Shown: piece after piece, positions 9,796 through 19,281 of the stretch
Layout: every line of letters starts with the position of its first letter
Numbering within the stretch: position 1 is the stretch's first letter
DNA from: a virus
Taxonomy: Duplodnaviria > Heunggongvirae > Uroviricota > Caudoviricetes
Length of the DNA stretch: 44,411 bases
IMG/VR virus record: IMGVR_UViG_2711768022_000010
Reading direction: 5' to 3' (one strand)
Position numbers and translations under genes: made by a program
Notes under the pieces: model-generated
What the model was told of the DNA's origin: nothing
The model's database searches: none
The model's input: only the letters and a program-made list of their open reading frames with translations

Positions 9796-10542
9796 ATGAA
9801 AAATATTGCGACAGGCGACGTTCTTGAACGTATCCGCAGACTGGCCCCGTCACATGTAACCGCGCCATTCAAGACGGTAGCGGAGTGGCGCGAGTGGCAA
9901 CTTTCCGAAGGCCAGAAACGTTGTGAGGAGATCAACCGTCAGAATCGTCAGTTGCGGGTGGAAAAAATTCTGAATCGCTCTGGCATCCAGCCATTGCACC
10001 GCAAATGCTCGTTTTCGAATTACCAGGTGCAGAACGAAGCGCAGCGATACGCGTTGAGTCAGGCGAAATCCATCGCTGATGAACTGATGACCGGGTGTAC
10101 AAATTTTGCGTTCAGCGGAAAACCTGGTACCGGGAAGAACCACTTAGCGGCAGCTATCGGGAATCGCCTGCTGAAAGACGGTCAGACAGTGATTGTGGTT
10201 ACCGTGGCTGATGTTATGAGTGCCCTGCACGCCAGCTATGACGATGGGCAGTCAGGCGAAAAATTTTTGCGGGAACTATGCGAAGTGGATCTGCTGGTTC
10301 TTGATGAAATTGGCATTCAGCGCGAGACGAAAAACGAGCAGGTGGTGCTGCACCAGATTGTTGATCGCCGGACAGCGTCGATGCGCAGCGTGGGGATGCT
10401 GACAAACCTGAACTATGAGGCCATGAAAACATTGCTCGGCGAGCGGATTATGGATCGCATGACCATGAACGGCGGGCGATGGGTGAATTTTAACTGGGAG
10501 AGCTGGCGTCCGAATGTCGTCCAGCCAGGAATTGAGAAGTAA
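9796..10542 (+). CDS. ydaV: DnaC/IstB-like replication ATPase, YdaV
   Basis: 248 aa; Walker [16 protein letters not shown]; Walker B LLVLDEIG. Confidence 0.85.
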   Translation: MKNIATGDVLERIRRLAPSHVTAPFKTVAEWREWQLSEGQKRCEEINRQNRQLRVEKILNRSGIQPLHRKCSFSNYQVQNEAQRYALSQAKSIADELMTGCTNFAFSGKPGTGKNHLAAAIGNRLLKDGQTVIVVTVADVMSALHASYDDGQSGEKFLRELCEVDLLVLDEIGIQRETKNEQVVLHQIVDRRTASMRSVGMLTNLNYEAMKTLLGERIMDRMTMNGGRWVNFNWESWRPNVVQPGIEK

Positions 10543-10564
10543 TTTTTACCGGGAGGAAATTTTT

Positions 10565-11326
10565 ATGGAGACTGTTTTTGACGCACTGAAAGCAATGGGA
10601 AAAGCCACATCCATAGAACTTGCTGCGCGACTTGATATCAGTCGTGAAGAAGTGCTGAACGAACTATGGGAACTGAAAAAAGCTGGTTTCGTTGATAAAA
10701 GCGCGTACACCTGGCGTGTGGCTGATAACAACGTTCAGCAGGAACAGCCAATGCAGGCAGAACTGCCGGAAGAAACCACCACGGCAACTGTAGTGAAAAT
10801 CTCAGAGTGCGATTTAACCGCGACGATTGAACAACGCGGACCACAAACGGCGGATGAACTGGCTACGCTGTTCGGTACAACATCCCGCAAAGTTGCTTCA
10901 ACGCTGGCAATGGCAATCAGCAAAGGACGCCTGATTCGCGTAAACCAGAACAGTAAATTTCGTTACTGCATGCCGGGCGATAATTTACCAGCAGAGCCGA
11001 AAGCTGCATCGGTAGCGGAAACTGATGGTAAAGCCTTTCCTCAGCCAGCCGGTGTTGCGTTACCAGTACAGGAAGCGGCAACACAGGAAGATATTAAAAC
11101 AGAAACTGTGGCGGACATTGTGCAGTCGCTGCCATCGTTTACTGAAACGCAAGCGGATGACCTAGTTTTACCATCGCTGCATATGGCAAACCGCGAACTG
11201 CGTCGGGCGAAAAATCATGTCCAGAAGTGGGAGCGAGTCTGCGCCGCGCTGCGGGAGCTGAACAAGCACCGGGATATTGTCCGACAGATTGTCGATTCCT
11301 CCAGTCGTATTGTGTCGGAAAAGTGA
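10565..11326 (+). CDS. ydaW: Putative tandem winged-helix DNA-binding protein (YdaW-like, apparently full length)
   Basis: ATG 10565 after GGGAGG RBS; two repeats resembling winged-helix units ([30 protein letters not shown] and [33 protein letters not shown]). Confidence 0.55.
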   Translation: METVFDALKAMGKATSIELAARLDISREEVLNELWELKKAGFVDKSAYTWRVADNNVQQEQPMQAELPEETTTATVVKISECDLTATIEQRGPQTADELATLFGTTSRKVASTLAMAISKGRLIRVNQNSKFRYCMPGDNLPAEPKAASVAETDGKAFPQPAGVALPVQEAATQEDIKTETVADIVQSLPSFTETQADDLVLPSLHMANRELRRAKNHVQKWERVCAALRELNKHRDIVRQIVDSSSRIVSEK

Positions 11327-11341
11327 TTGCCGGAGGCGCTT

Positions 11342-11758
11342 ATGGCAAAAGTTTTTACACAGGAAGAGCGTGAAAAAATTAAGGAGCAGGTTGTTGAGTT
11401 GGTACGCCAGAGTGGGCGCGAGACGTTAAGGCAACTGGAGGCCAAGACAGGTGCGACAAGATATCTGATGAGCATTCTTGCCAGAGAGTTGGTTGCCAGT
11501 GGCGATGTATACAACTCTGGCTATGGGTTATTCCCGTCTGAACAGGCTCGTAAGGATTGGAAAAACGCCCGCAAAAAACTATCCAGGGCAAAGGTGAAAA
11601 AAACGGTTGTGGTTGATCCTGACCTTATCTGGTCATTACCAGACGGAGAAATACGCCGCTATGACAGGCGTCAGAACATAATCTGTCGCGAGTGCCGGAA
11701 GAGTGAAGTTATGAAACGTGTACTGGCATTTTATCAAGGAAATCTTCGGTATTTATAG
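11342..11758 (+). CDS. Hypothetical basic protein with possible HTH
   Basis: ATG 11342 after CGGAGG RBS; product MAKVFTQEEREKIKEQVVELVRQSGRETLRQLEAKTGATRYLMSILAREL...; function unknown. Confidence 0.5.
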   Translation: MAKVFTQEEREKIKEQVVELVRQSGRETLRQLEAKTGATRYLMSILARELVASGDVYNSGYGLFPSEQARKDWKNARKKLSRAKVKKTVVVDPDLIWSLPDGEIRRYDRRQNIICRECRKSEVMKRVLAFYQGNLRYL

Positions 11759-11896
11759 ACGTTACTAGATCAAAGAGCATTAGTTCATATGTAAATTGAC
11801 ATTTTTCTGGCACAGGGGAGAGCTAGCGTGGTTGTCCGCTTTGTGCCAATAGCGGACATTGCTGGCTCATGGTATGTTAGTTTAAGGAGGCAGGTT

Positions 11897-12919
11897 ATGC
11901 CCTGTATTTCGCTGTGGTATAATAGTTGCGCAATTGATACAAGGGAGCGTTACATCGTGAAAATTGTTTTCGAGGTTAATGGAAAGAAAGTTCCACTAAA
12001 ATCTTTAAAATACATAAGCAAAAAAGATCAACTCGAAGTAATGAAAAACTGGTTCTTTGAAAACTTTGAAGATCCGGCAAATGCTTGTCCGTATGAAAGT
12101 AGAGAAGGTGGCTATGCTTACATATATGGCGGGCCGTATGATGCGAGCGAAGAACTACAATCCATCTTCGGTCAATATGTTAAATCTGAGTATATTGAGG
12201 AATTAGTAGATGAATTACAAACACAATGTTTTGACTGGTCTGGAAACTCAAATAATATAGATGATTGGTACGATGATGATATCTACGACGCTGTAACGTC
12301 TTCCGGTAATCCGTATTTAAAATTCATTGATAATATCGATAAAATAAAAAAACTTGCAAAAGATAAAACTGAACAACAGCAAAAAAACCACTTGCTTAGT
12401 TTGCTCTACACGAATGTTATTACAGCTTTGGAAACGCTTTATGTTGAGCTATTCATTAATTCTATAGAGAAAGATGATGTCTACATAGCCAATTGTATAG
12501 AAAAAGGTAAGACTGAATTTAAAGTAAGCAAAGATATTGCTGCGTTGCCTTTCAAGGGTGAACCCATCGAGAAAATTAGGGGAGAGCTAATCAGGTCAAT
12601 CAAGGAACACTTGATCAGTGCAAGCTGGCATAGCACTAAAAAGGTAATCGACCGCTATGAAGCTACATTCGATATAAAAGTACAAAAAGACTGTCCGATA
12701 GAAGCTATTGAATTGGCAACCCTCAATCGAAATCACTTAGTGCATCGTGGTGGAAAGGATAAAGAAGGGAACCTCGTAGTGATTACAGACCAGGATCTTG
12801 AAACGCTGATTGAAAATGCATCGAACCTGGCAATTATGCTCTACAACAGTTTAAATGTAGCAACGAATAAAACCACCATTTTGCAACCAGATGACAAACC
12901 GTTCATTCATGAATTTTAA
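11897..12919 (+). CDS. Hypothetical protein A of AT-rich cassette; C-terminal RNxxxH (HEPN-like) motif
   Basis: ATG 11897 with AGGAGG RBS 6 nt upstream (alternative GTG 11957 downstream of an extended -10 TGgTATAAT at 11915-11923); C-terminal segment ELATLNRNHLVHRGG fits the HEPN Rx4-6H signature; visibly AT-rich; not recognised from K-12 Rac. Confidence 0.7.
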   Translation: MPCISLWYNSCAIDTRERYIVKIVFEVNGKKVPLKSLKYISKKDQLEVMKNWFFENFEDPANACPYESREGGYAYIYGGPYDASEELQSIFGQYVKSEYIEELVDELQTQCFDWSGNSNNIDDWYDDDIYDAVTSSGNPYLKFIDNIDKIKKLAKDKTEQQQKNHLLSLLYTNVITALETLYVELFINSIEKDDVYIANCIEKGKTEFKVSKDIAALPFKGEPIEKIRGELIRSIKEHLISASWHSTKKVIDRYEATFDIKVQKDCPIEAIELATLNRNHLVHRGGKDKEGNLVVITDQDLETLIENASNLAIMLYNSLNVATNKTTILQPDDKPFIHEF

Positions 12920-12934
12920 TAGCGCAGGTCATAC

Positions 12935-13936
12935 ATGGATATTCGCACACGAAAGACAAAATTTTTAGAGTCGTTAGATTCAACTGAAGTGATACGCAAA
13001 GCAGTAAGTCTCGCTATAGATTGCATTATTGATAATCATAATAGTAATGAAGATACCCCCTTAGTTATTACCAGCTATGATGATCTCTGTAGAATCCAGG
13101 TGCTAAATTATGTACAGGAGTTTTGCGAAGCTGCATTCCCTGATATGGATGAATATTACTTTAGTCCTAACATACTTCGCATCAACGGCAAGACTAGTGA
13201 AGAAGCTTGTATTAACTTAATTAAACTCTTAAGAAGTACAAAAGGCATGCTATTCTGGTCCGATGCCCCATCGTGGTTCGCTAGCCTCCCCGACGGATTA
13301 TTCCATGTTGTTAACATTGATCAAAAAATCGTTACTCGCGGCCTTAATAAGAAAAACTCTAAGCCGACAATAATCAATAAAGATTACAGTGTAGATACAC
13401 TACTATCAGAGCTATTTTTGAATGGCGCACACATGGAGCAACCCAACGTACACAACGTTTCTGAGGGAAACATGAAGTTCTATGATGAATGCCATGCTGG
13501 ATTAATCAGACCAATACCCGCTCCAATAGGCGCGTCATACGATGAAGAGATCACAATTAATTCTCCAGATTGGCAAAAGCTCGCGTGTGTAGCTTTACGC
13601 CGCTATCAGTCGAAGGAATGTCATGACGGAATGCAATGGGATACAACCGATCATGGTTGGACTGATGTAATCGCGTATCCATTCGTCGAAGAAATACAAT
13701 CAATGGATAATAGTGGTTATCGACAATGTTTAGTTGGGCTGGTCACAATAAACAATTCAAATGCAAATTCTCCGTACCTATCTACCGTTTGGATACATCC
13801 ATTTTATCGCAGGAGAGGGTTATTAAGTAAGTTATGGCCAAAATTACAAGAGTTATATGGAAGTAACTTCGAAATTGAGCGACCTAATGAAAATATGAAA
13901 GCATTTCTGAAAAGTGCGAAACACGCAGATTACTAA
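12935..13936 (+). CDS. Hypothetical protein B of AT-rich cassette (333 aa)
   Basis: Starts 15 nt after gene A stop (operon-like); AT-rich; C-terminal stretch VWIHPFYRRRGLLSKLW vaguely resembles a GNAT acetyl-CoA-binding motif (weak); no recognised homolog. Confidence 0.72.
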   Translation: MDIRTRKTKFLESLDSTEVIRKAVSLAIDCIIDNHNSNEDTPLVITSYDDLCRIQVLNYVQEFCEAAFPDMDEYYFSPNILRINGKTSEEACINLIKLLRSTKGMLFWSDAPSWFASLPDGLFHVVNIDQKIVTRGLNKKNSKPTIINKDYSVDTLLSELFLNGAHMEQPNVHNVSEGNMKFYDECHAGLIRPIPAPIGASYDEEITINSPDWQKLACVALRRYQSKECHDGMQWDTTDHGWTDVIAYPFVEEIQSMDNSGYRQCLVGLVTINNSNANSPYLSTVWIHPFYRRRGLLSKLWPKLQELYGSNFEIERPNENMKAFLKSAKHADY

Positions 13937-14497
13937 TTTATGAATCAGTCTGTGGAGTTAGGGTTGGTGTGAACAAGTAGGGTAAGAGCCTCAACGTGAT
14001 GCTATGCCGACCTGCTCCCTGAGAATTCACACAGAAGGCTGCTAGCAATGTCTGCAGATCGCTCAAAGCGGACTAAAATGTTGGCTTGTTTCTGACTTAG
14101 AGCATTTAAGGAAGTGCTGGTGGTGACTGGTTGTTGTGTTCCATTTCTACAGAATAAAATCACAGAAACTATACCCAATAGTTGTATTGAATCACTGACG
14201 AGACAGCCTCATATTTATCAGGACTGGTGTGCGTCTAATACAGGGGGTTGTCGTGCTGGTTCTCAAATGTGCGCTGGCTATTGCGGCTGTAATGGCAATT
14301 TATTGTCTTGCTGTTGTTCTTATGGAGCGGCTTTCTGATTGATTACATACTGGCTAGAAAAAAGGTGTTACCTTGGTTTATCTTTGTCCGGCAAGGTGCG
14401 CTCATTAATCTTAAGTAAATTTATTGCTCAAGTATTCAGATTACTTCTTATGGTTGAAGTCTCCTGTCAATGTAGAACCAATATATTTACAAAAATG

Positions 14498-14527
14498 AGA
14501 CCCGTCGGGGATAGCCCTGCCGGGTCT
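14498..14527 (-). terminator. Rho-independent terminator for the minus-strand DUF1971-like gene
   Basis: On the minus strand AGACCCG...CGGGUCU 7-bp stem followed by CAUUUUUGU, about 30 nt downstream of the gene stop at 14557-14559. Confidence 0.5.
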
Positions 14528-14556
14528 GACTGTTAAAGCATTTTTAATATGATCAT

Positions 14557-14895
14557 CTATTTTTTGGTGCTATAGACTTTTTCGCCCGAAAAGTCTGGAG
14601 CGACCCAAAAGTTAATATTAAACTGAGCATCATCGCTTAGTTCAACACGGTGCCAGTATTGTGGTGGGCTTGTTGCAAAAGCGCCAGCATTAATGACTAC
14701 TTTTATCTCCGGTTCAGTAGCATTCTCATCAGTAAAACCATAATATGTTACAGTGCCTTCCATTACGCACAACTGCCCAAAAACACCTGCTGCTGTATTA
14801 TGATGTGTTAATAACGCTGAAGGTACGTTCTCTTTTGTGAAGAACGGAGTTGAGCGTTTGATTACCCAATCTTTAGGAATTCTCTTGTGTGTCAT
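14557..14895 (-). CDS. TehB-N-terminal-like / YeaR-like small protein (DUF1971-type)
   Basis: ATG 14895 after GGAGGAGG RBS; motifs HHNTAAGVFGQLCVMEGTVTYYGF and WHRVELSDD resemble the recalled N-terminal domain of TehB/YeaR proteins; family assignment from memory. Confidence 0.65.
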   Translation of the reverse strand: MTHKRIPKDWVIKRSTPFFTKENVPSALLTHHNTAAGVFGQLCVMEGTVTYYGFTDENATEPEIKVVINAGAFATSPPQYWHRVELSDDAQFNINFWVAPDFSGEKVYSTKK

Positions 14896-15708
14896 AACCA
14901 CCTCCTCCAAAACATGCATTAAAAATGCATCTTTTGGAGGGTTATGTCAAGCTGTTATGAAACACATAATTGATATGTTGATTAGAGGAGAAGATAGAAT
15001 AAATATGGTTGTTTTTCGTATAACTATTTGTTTTACTTTTAGTTTATGCATTCTGTGTGTTAGGAATAAGTTATTAAAGTTTAATCAAAAAATCTCGATG
15101 TAGTCCACATAGATTACTGTTACTGAACCTTATTGTGTGTATTAGTTGTGTTCTGAAATTTCAGCTTAATTATTTATGATGTATTTTTTAACGATAAATA
15201 TTTTCCCAGGATACCTTTACTGTGTATATAAATAAATTATATACGCATAAATAATGTAAAGGCGTCCTTTTAGATATATCTTATCAAATGTTAATGACTT
15301 GAGTGGGAAATATGATTCCAGCAACTTATCATGTGGCTACTTTATAAAAATAATGCCCATATAAAACAACAAGCGAAAAGGATTACGGATAAAAAAGGAG
15401 CGAGATGTGCGAACTTGTTATTTTCCATGTTTAACCACCTTAAATAATTGATGATGACGGGATGATTGCATCTGTAATGCTTTTATTGAAATGTTATGAT
15501 AAAAAAGAACTTTTGCATAACATTAAAATGTAATTTATCTAATCGTTTTTAATAATAAGTGTCGTATTTCTATCCTTGTACCAGCTATTTGATATGTAGT
15601 GTTTGTTCATGCTATGTGGGGCTTTACACCATAGCCAGTTTATTTATACTTTATTCGTCAGCCTGAACAACTGGCATCTGCTGCGCTGCGCCATCGAGAG
15701 ATTGAGAA

Positions 15709-16308
15709 ATGGCGCATATACAACTGGTCAAACAAACCTCTTCTGGTTTACTTCTCCCGGCGACGCCGGAGAGTTGCGATTTTCTGCATCAAATCAAAAT
15801 AGGTGAGTGGATACACGCAGACTTTAAGCGTGTGCGTAACTACGCATTCCACAAGCGTTTTTTCAAACTCCTGCAACTGGGATTCGATTACTGGACTCCG
15901 GTCGGTGGGGCGATCACGCCTCGCGAACGAGAACTGCTGTCTGGTTTCGTTGATTACCTGTGCGAATCAGTTGGTCGGGAACACACGCCAGCCCTGAGTG
16001 ATGCCGCAGAGCAATACCTTAACACCGTTGCGACTCGTAGAACCCGGGATACGGCGTTGCTAAAGTCGTTTGAGGCTTTCCGCGAGTGGGTAACCATTCA
16101 GGCCGGATTTTACACCGAGCATATTTATCCGGACGGTAGCCGTGGGCGTCGGGCAAAATCCATCGCTTTTGCGAATATGGACGAAGTCGAGTTTCAGCAG
16201 GTTTATAAATCTGTACTGAATGTGCTGTGGAACTGGATTCTGTTCCGTAAATTCTCCTCTCAGGAGGAAGTTGAAAATGTGGCCGCACAACTACTGGAGT
16301 TTGCGTAA
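15709..16308 (+). CDS. Lambdoid nin-region protein, DUF1367-like (YdfU-like)
   Basis: 199-aa ORF with RBS GAGAG; position between replication genes and Q; family recalled from Qin/DLP12 prophages. Confidence 0.65.
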   Translation: MAHIQLVKQTSSGLLLPATPESCDFLHQIKIGEWIHADFKRVRNYAFHKRFFKLLQLGFDYWTPVGGAITPRERELLSGFVDYLCESVGREHTPALSDAAEQYLNTVATRRTRDTALLKSFEAFREWVTIQAGFYTEHIYPDGSRGRRAKSIAFANMDEVEFQQVYKSVLNVLWNWILFRKFSSQEEVENVAAQLLEFA

Positions 16309-16598
16309 TGGTGAATTTACGTAAAGCGGCTAAAGGCCAGATGTGCCAGATCAGAATCCCTGGCTACTGCAATCACAATCCCGAAACCTCTGTGCTGGCG
16401 CATTACAGGCTGGCGGGGACGTGCGGAACAGCGACAAAACCACATGATATGCAGGCGGCGATAGCCTGTAGCTCATGCCACGATCTAATCGACGGGCGGG
16501 TAAAAACCAGCGATTACACCAAAGAAGAATTGCGCCTGATGCATGCTGAAGGGGTTTTTCGCACACAAGAAATCTGGAGAAAGAAAGGTCATTTATGA
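16308..16598 (+). CDS. YbcO-like putative nuclease (DUF1364), Cys-rich
   Basis: 96 aa; MVNLRKAAKGQMCQIRIPGYCNHNPETSVLAHYRLAGTCGTATKP closely parallels recalled DLP12 YbcO; start overlaps upstream stop (TAATG). Confidence 0.8.
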   Translation: MVNLRKAAKGQMCQIRIPGYCNHNPETSVLAHYRLAGTCGTATKPHDMQAAIACSSCHDLIDGRVKTSDYTKEELRLMHAEGVFRTQEIWRKKGHL

Positions 16599-17137
16599 TT
16601 TACCCAACGAATACAGGAAAAAGCGGAGAACACCTTCGCCTCACCACGCTGGAAAGTGTCTGGATTCAGGGAAAACTACGTATGTGGGGGCGCTGGTCGT
16701 ATATTGGCGGTGGCAGGTCAGGGAATATGTTCAATCAGTTGTTGGCATCCAAAAAACTGACGAAAACAGCCATTAATGAAGCCCTGCGCAGAATGAAAAA
16801 AGCGGGAATAGAGAAAGCTGAGCTGGAAGCGTTTTTGCGAGAGATGATCAACGGCAAGCAAAAGAGCTGGCTGGCGCATTGTACTGATGCAGAGGCGTTA
16901 TGTATTGATCGAGTCATAAGTGAGGTGCTGGCAGAGCATCCAGGATTGATTTGCATTCTCCGGCAACGCTATGAAGGGCGGGGGATGACTAAGCGCAAAA
17001 TGGCTGAATTGCTAAATGATGCACACCCAGAGTGGTGTTTTAGCACATGCGAAAAACGGATTGCTAATTGGTTAGCTGTTGCTGAGTATGCCCTATATAT
17101 TCCCATGCGTGAATCATTTGCTGAGAAAATGGCTTGA
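16595..17137 (+). CDS. Putative late antiterminator Q (phage-21/82-type family)
   Basis: 180 aa; RMWGRWSY motif reminiscent of the RWGAW motif of Q21-type antiterminators; lies immediately upstream of terminator hairpins and the lysis cassette. Confidence 0.6.
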   Translation: MIYPTNTGKSGEHLRLTTLESVWIQGKLRMWGRWSYIGGGRSGNMFNQLLASKKLTKTAINEALRRMKKAGIEKAELEAFLREMINGKQKSWLAHCTDAEALCIDRVISEVLAEHPGLICILRQRYEGRGMTKRKMAELLNDAHPEWCFSTCEKRIANWLAVAEYALYIPMRESFAEKMA

Positions 17138-17223
17138 TTTCTTACGTATAAACTGCTTCAATTTTGCTATGCTTCGCAAAGCTGTATCGCGAGGCGGATT
17201 GCAGACATGGACATCGTAAAAAA

Positions 17224-17244
17224 ACCGCTTAATGCGGTTTTTTT
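17224..17244 (+). terminator. Rho-independent terminator downstream of Q (candidate tR')
   Basis: ACCGC-UUAAU-GCGGU hairpin followed by U7 (17238-17244); about 90 nt after the Q stop. Confidence 0.5.
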
Positions 17245-17564
17245 ACGTCAGGAAAGCAGGGGAGAATGCTGCTAGTTGGGCAACTGGTCTTTCTGCTCCA
17301 AATTATAACAGAGACCAGTTATAGTTTCGGTGCTGTGTTTTTTTTACAATATTGTGATAACACATTGCTGGCGGGAGTTTTGATATTTCTTGGCAGGGGC
17401 TGATGATGCGTTATCCTGATGTCGTCAACTCATATAAAATGAGATGAGAGATCATTGCAGGGTGGTTTGTAATTCGCTGTTTAGCGGGACAATATGTTGT
17501 CTGATACAAGACACCCGACGCCTCAGATTACTATAATAAAGACGAAGCATCCTTTGTATTGACC

Positions 17565-17590
17565 AACCGCCTGTTTAGGCGGTTCTTTTT
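17565..17590 (+). terminator. Rho-independent terminator
   Basis: Perfect 7-bp stem AACCGCC/GGCGGTT with 6-nt loop followed by CTTTTT. Confidence 0.5.
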
Positions 17591-18181
17591 GGGCTGGTTT
17601 ATTGTATGCCAAATGATTATTAAAAAGGTTGTGTTAATAACAAGATCCGAAATAATATGCCTGCATATTTTTATCTTGCTTATATTCTGCATATTGTGCA
17701 TAGCAGGCTCATCCCTGCAATCAAAACTGTATGATGAGTATTTTTTGTTTTCCTTTTTTCCAGTCATCTGATGATGACCTGCTTCTTTTTAATCCGGATC
17801 GACATCAGTTTTTTAAGATAATTCCTGCGAGTTATATGCATAAATGCCACAAACTCCGCATTTTATGTGGTTGGGAGTTGCCGGGCGCGCAGTGAGTTTG
17901 CTAAGAAAACTCCTGCATGGTGAATCCCCCTGTGCGGTGGGGTGATACCATTAACCTTTTCTGTCGCCGACAGGTATCACGAACATTTTGTTCACCGGGA
18001 GGCACCCGGCACCATGCACTTCAATAGATTCTCTCCACATTATGGATATTCTTTCAGAATATCCCACGCAGACTTTGTGTAAATGTTAACAAATGTGCGT
18101 TTTATTTGATCTGATTCGCTGTTTGAGCGTCCAAAACAACGGTATATATAATCCTTTACTATATGACATATGTGAGGAAAA

Positions 18182-18610
18182 ATGGGTTTTCGTAGCGCAT
18201 CAATTCTTACGTTGATTATTAGTGGGATTATTATCGGGTGCACTGATGCTGTATCGACAAATTATCATGACCGTACATCATATTACTCCGATAAAGCAAT
18301 AGAGACACAGTATGTGAGTTCATCTGAACGTACTTCTGATGTTAGTGAGGATATCCGTCTGTATGCCCATCAAATCAAGAGCGCCATCGAAAAACAGTTC
18401 GGGGATGCGAGTAAGTATTCAGGAAAAGAGTGTACACTGAGAATGCATATGGCCCCGAATGGCCTTCTACTGGAGGTTAAAAGAGAAAGTGGAGACCTCG
18501 ATTTATGTCGTGAAGCGATGAATGCGATAAAGAATGCTGATATACCTGCCCCCCCTTCGCCGGAAGTATATAAAGTATTTCAAAATGGGGTGCTGGATTT
18601 TAAACCCTGA
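18182..18610 (+). CDS. Lipoprotein with TolA C-terminal domain (TolAIII)-like domain
   Basis: Signal peptide with lipobox IIGC; C-terminal YAHQIKSAIEKQFGDASKYSGKECTLRMHMAPNGLLLEVKRESGDLDLCREAMNAIKNADIPAPPSPEVYKVFQNGVLDFKP closely parallels the recalled C-terminus of E. coli TolA; RBS GAGGAAAA; candidate promoter TTGAGC (18123-18128), 18-nt spacer, TATAAT (18147-18152). Confidence 0.8.
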   Translation: MGFRSASILTLIISGIIIGCTDAVSTNYHDRTSYYSDKAIETQYVSSSERTSDVSEDIRLYAHQIKSAIEKQFGDASKYSGKECTLRMHMAPNGLLLEVKRESGDLDLCREAMNAIKNADIPAPPSPEVYKVFQNGVLDFKP

Positions 18611-18760
18611 TATTTATTGTTTTGTAATAAACGGTTTCGGCTTAGGTTTGTTCTGACACAGCTACGGCACTGAGCTAAATTTAGCGGATAGTCAGCTCTG
18701 AGCCAGTGGCGGACGTAACAACTACTATTGCTGAGATTTTAATGGATTGAGGAGCAAGAA

Positions 18761-19156
18761 GTGGGATTAAAGAAAATCGTTATGTTGACTTTTTGGGTCG
18801 GTTTTGTTGCGGGATGCACACCTTTACACCCTTCAGATTGCCACAAAACTACTGCTACAGGTAGTTGCAGTTCAGGACGCTGGGATGATCAGGATGAATG
18901 GGGGGCGCAAGCGCGGGGAATCAGAGCTGCAATTAATGCCAAACTTGATGAGCCGCATAACTGGAAAGGGAAAAAATGCAGGTTGCATATGGAATTCTCT
19001 CAGGATGGCACGGCGTTAAAAATATCTACCAGTAACGGTGATAAAGCCTATTGCGAAGCGATAAAGTCCGCAGCTCATAAAGCCAAATTTCCGGCCTTCA
19101 ACAATCCGGAAGTCTACAGAGATTTTCAGAAATCTGGCTTTGACATGCGAGGTTAG
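18761..19156 (+). CDS. Second, more divergent TolAIII-like lipoprotein (paralog)
   Basis: GTG start after GAGGAG RBS; lipobox VAGC; C-terminal KCRLHMEFSQDGTALKISTSNGDKAYCEAIKSAAHKAKFPAFNNPEVYRDFQKSGFDMRG aligns with the same TolAIII-like core (two conserved Cys, EVY..FQ motif). Confidence 0.75.
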   Translation: MGLKKIVMLTFWVGFVAGCTPLHPSDCHKTTATGSCSSGRWDDQDEWGAQARGIRAAINAKLDEPHNWKGKKCRLHMEFSQDGTALKISTSNGDKAYCEAIKSAAHKAKFPAFNNPEVYRDFQKSGFDMRG

Positions 19157-19281
19157 CTCTTCAATTACTATATCTCATTCATAGCAAACTGACAGATTTG
19201 ATGATGTTCTATATACGAAACCTGTGATGTCAAGTCTGAGCTAATACAAATAAACATAATATCAGAGAAATACATTTTATT

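Noticed and set aside
9360-10143. Minus-strand ORFs 9360..9935 (191 aa) and 9850..10143 (97 aa)
   Set aside because: Antisense to the ydaU/ydaV replication genes, whose identity is supported by motifs (Walker A/B).
14339-14536. 65-aa plus-strand ORF following the Cys-rich ORF
   Set aside because: Its 3' end overlaps the terminator hairpin of the convergent minus-strand gene and it has no RBS.
17250-18180. Possible tRNA genes between Q and the lysis cassette (as in Stx phages)
   Set aside because: No T-loop-like GGTTCGAATCC/GGTTCAAATCC motif or cloverleaf-compatible segment was seen by eye; small ORFs here (17531..17767, 17559..17771, 18040..18243) lack RBSs. A tRNAscan run would settle it.
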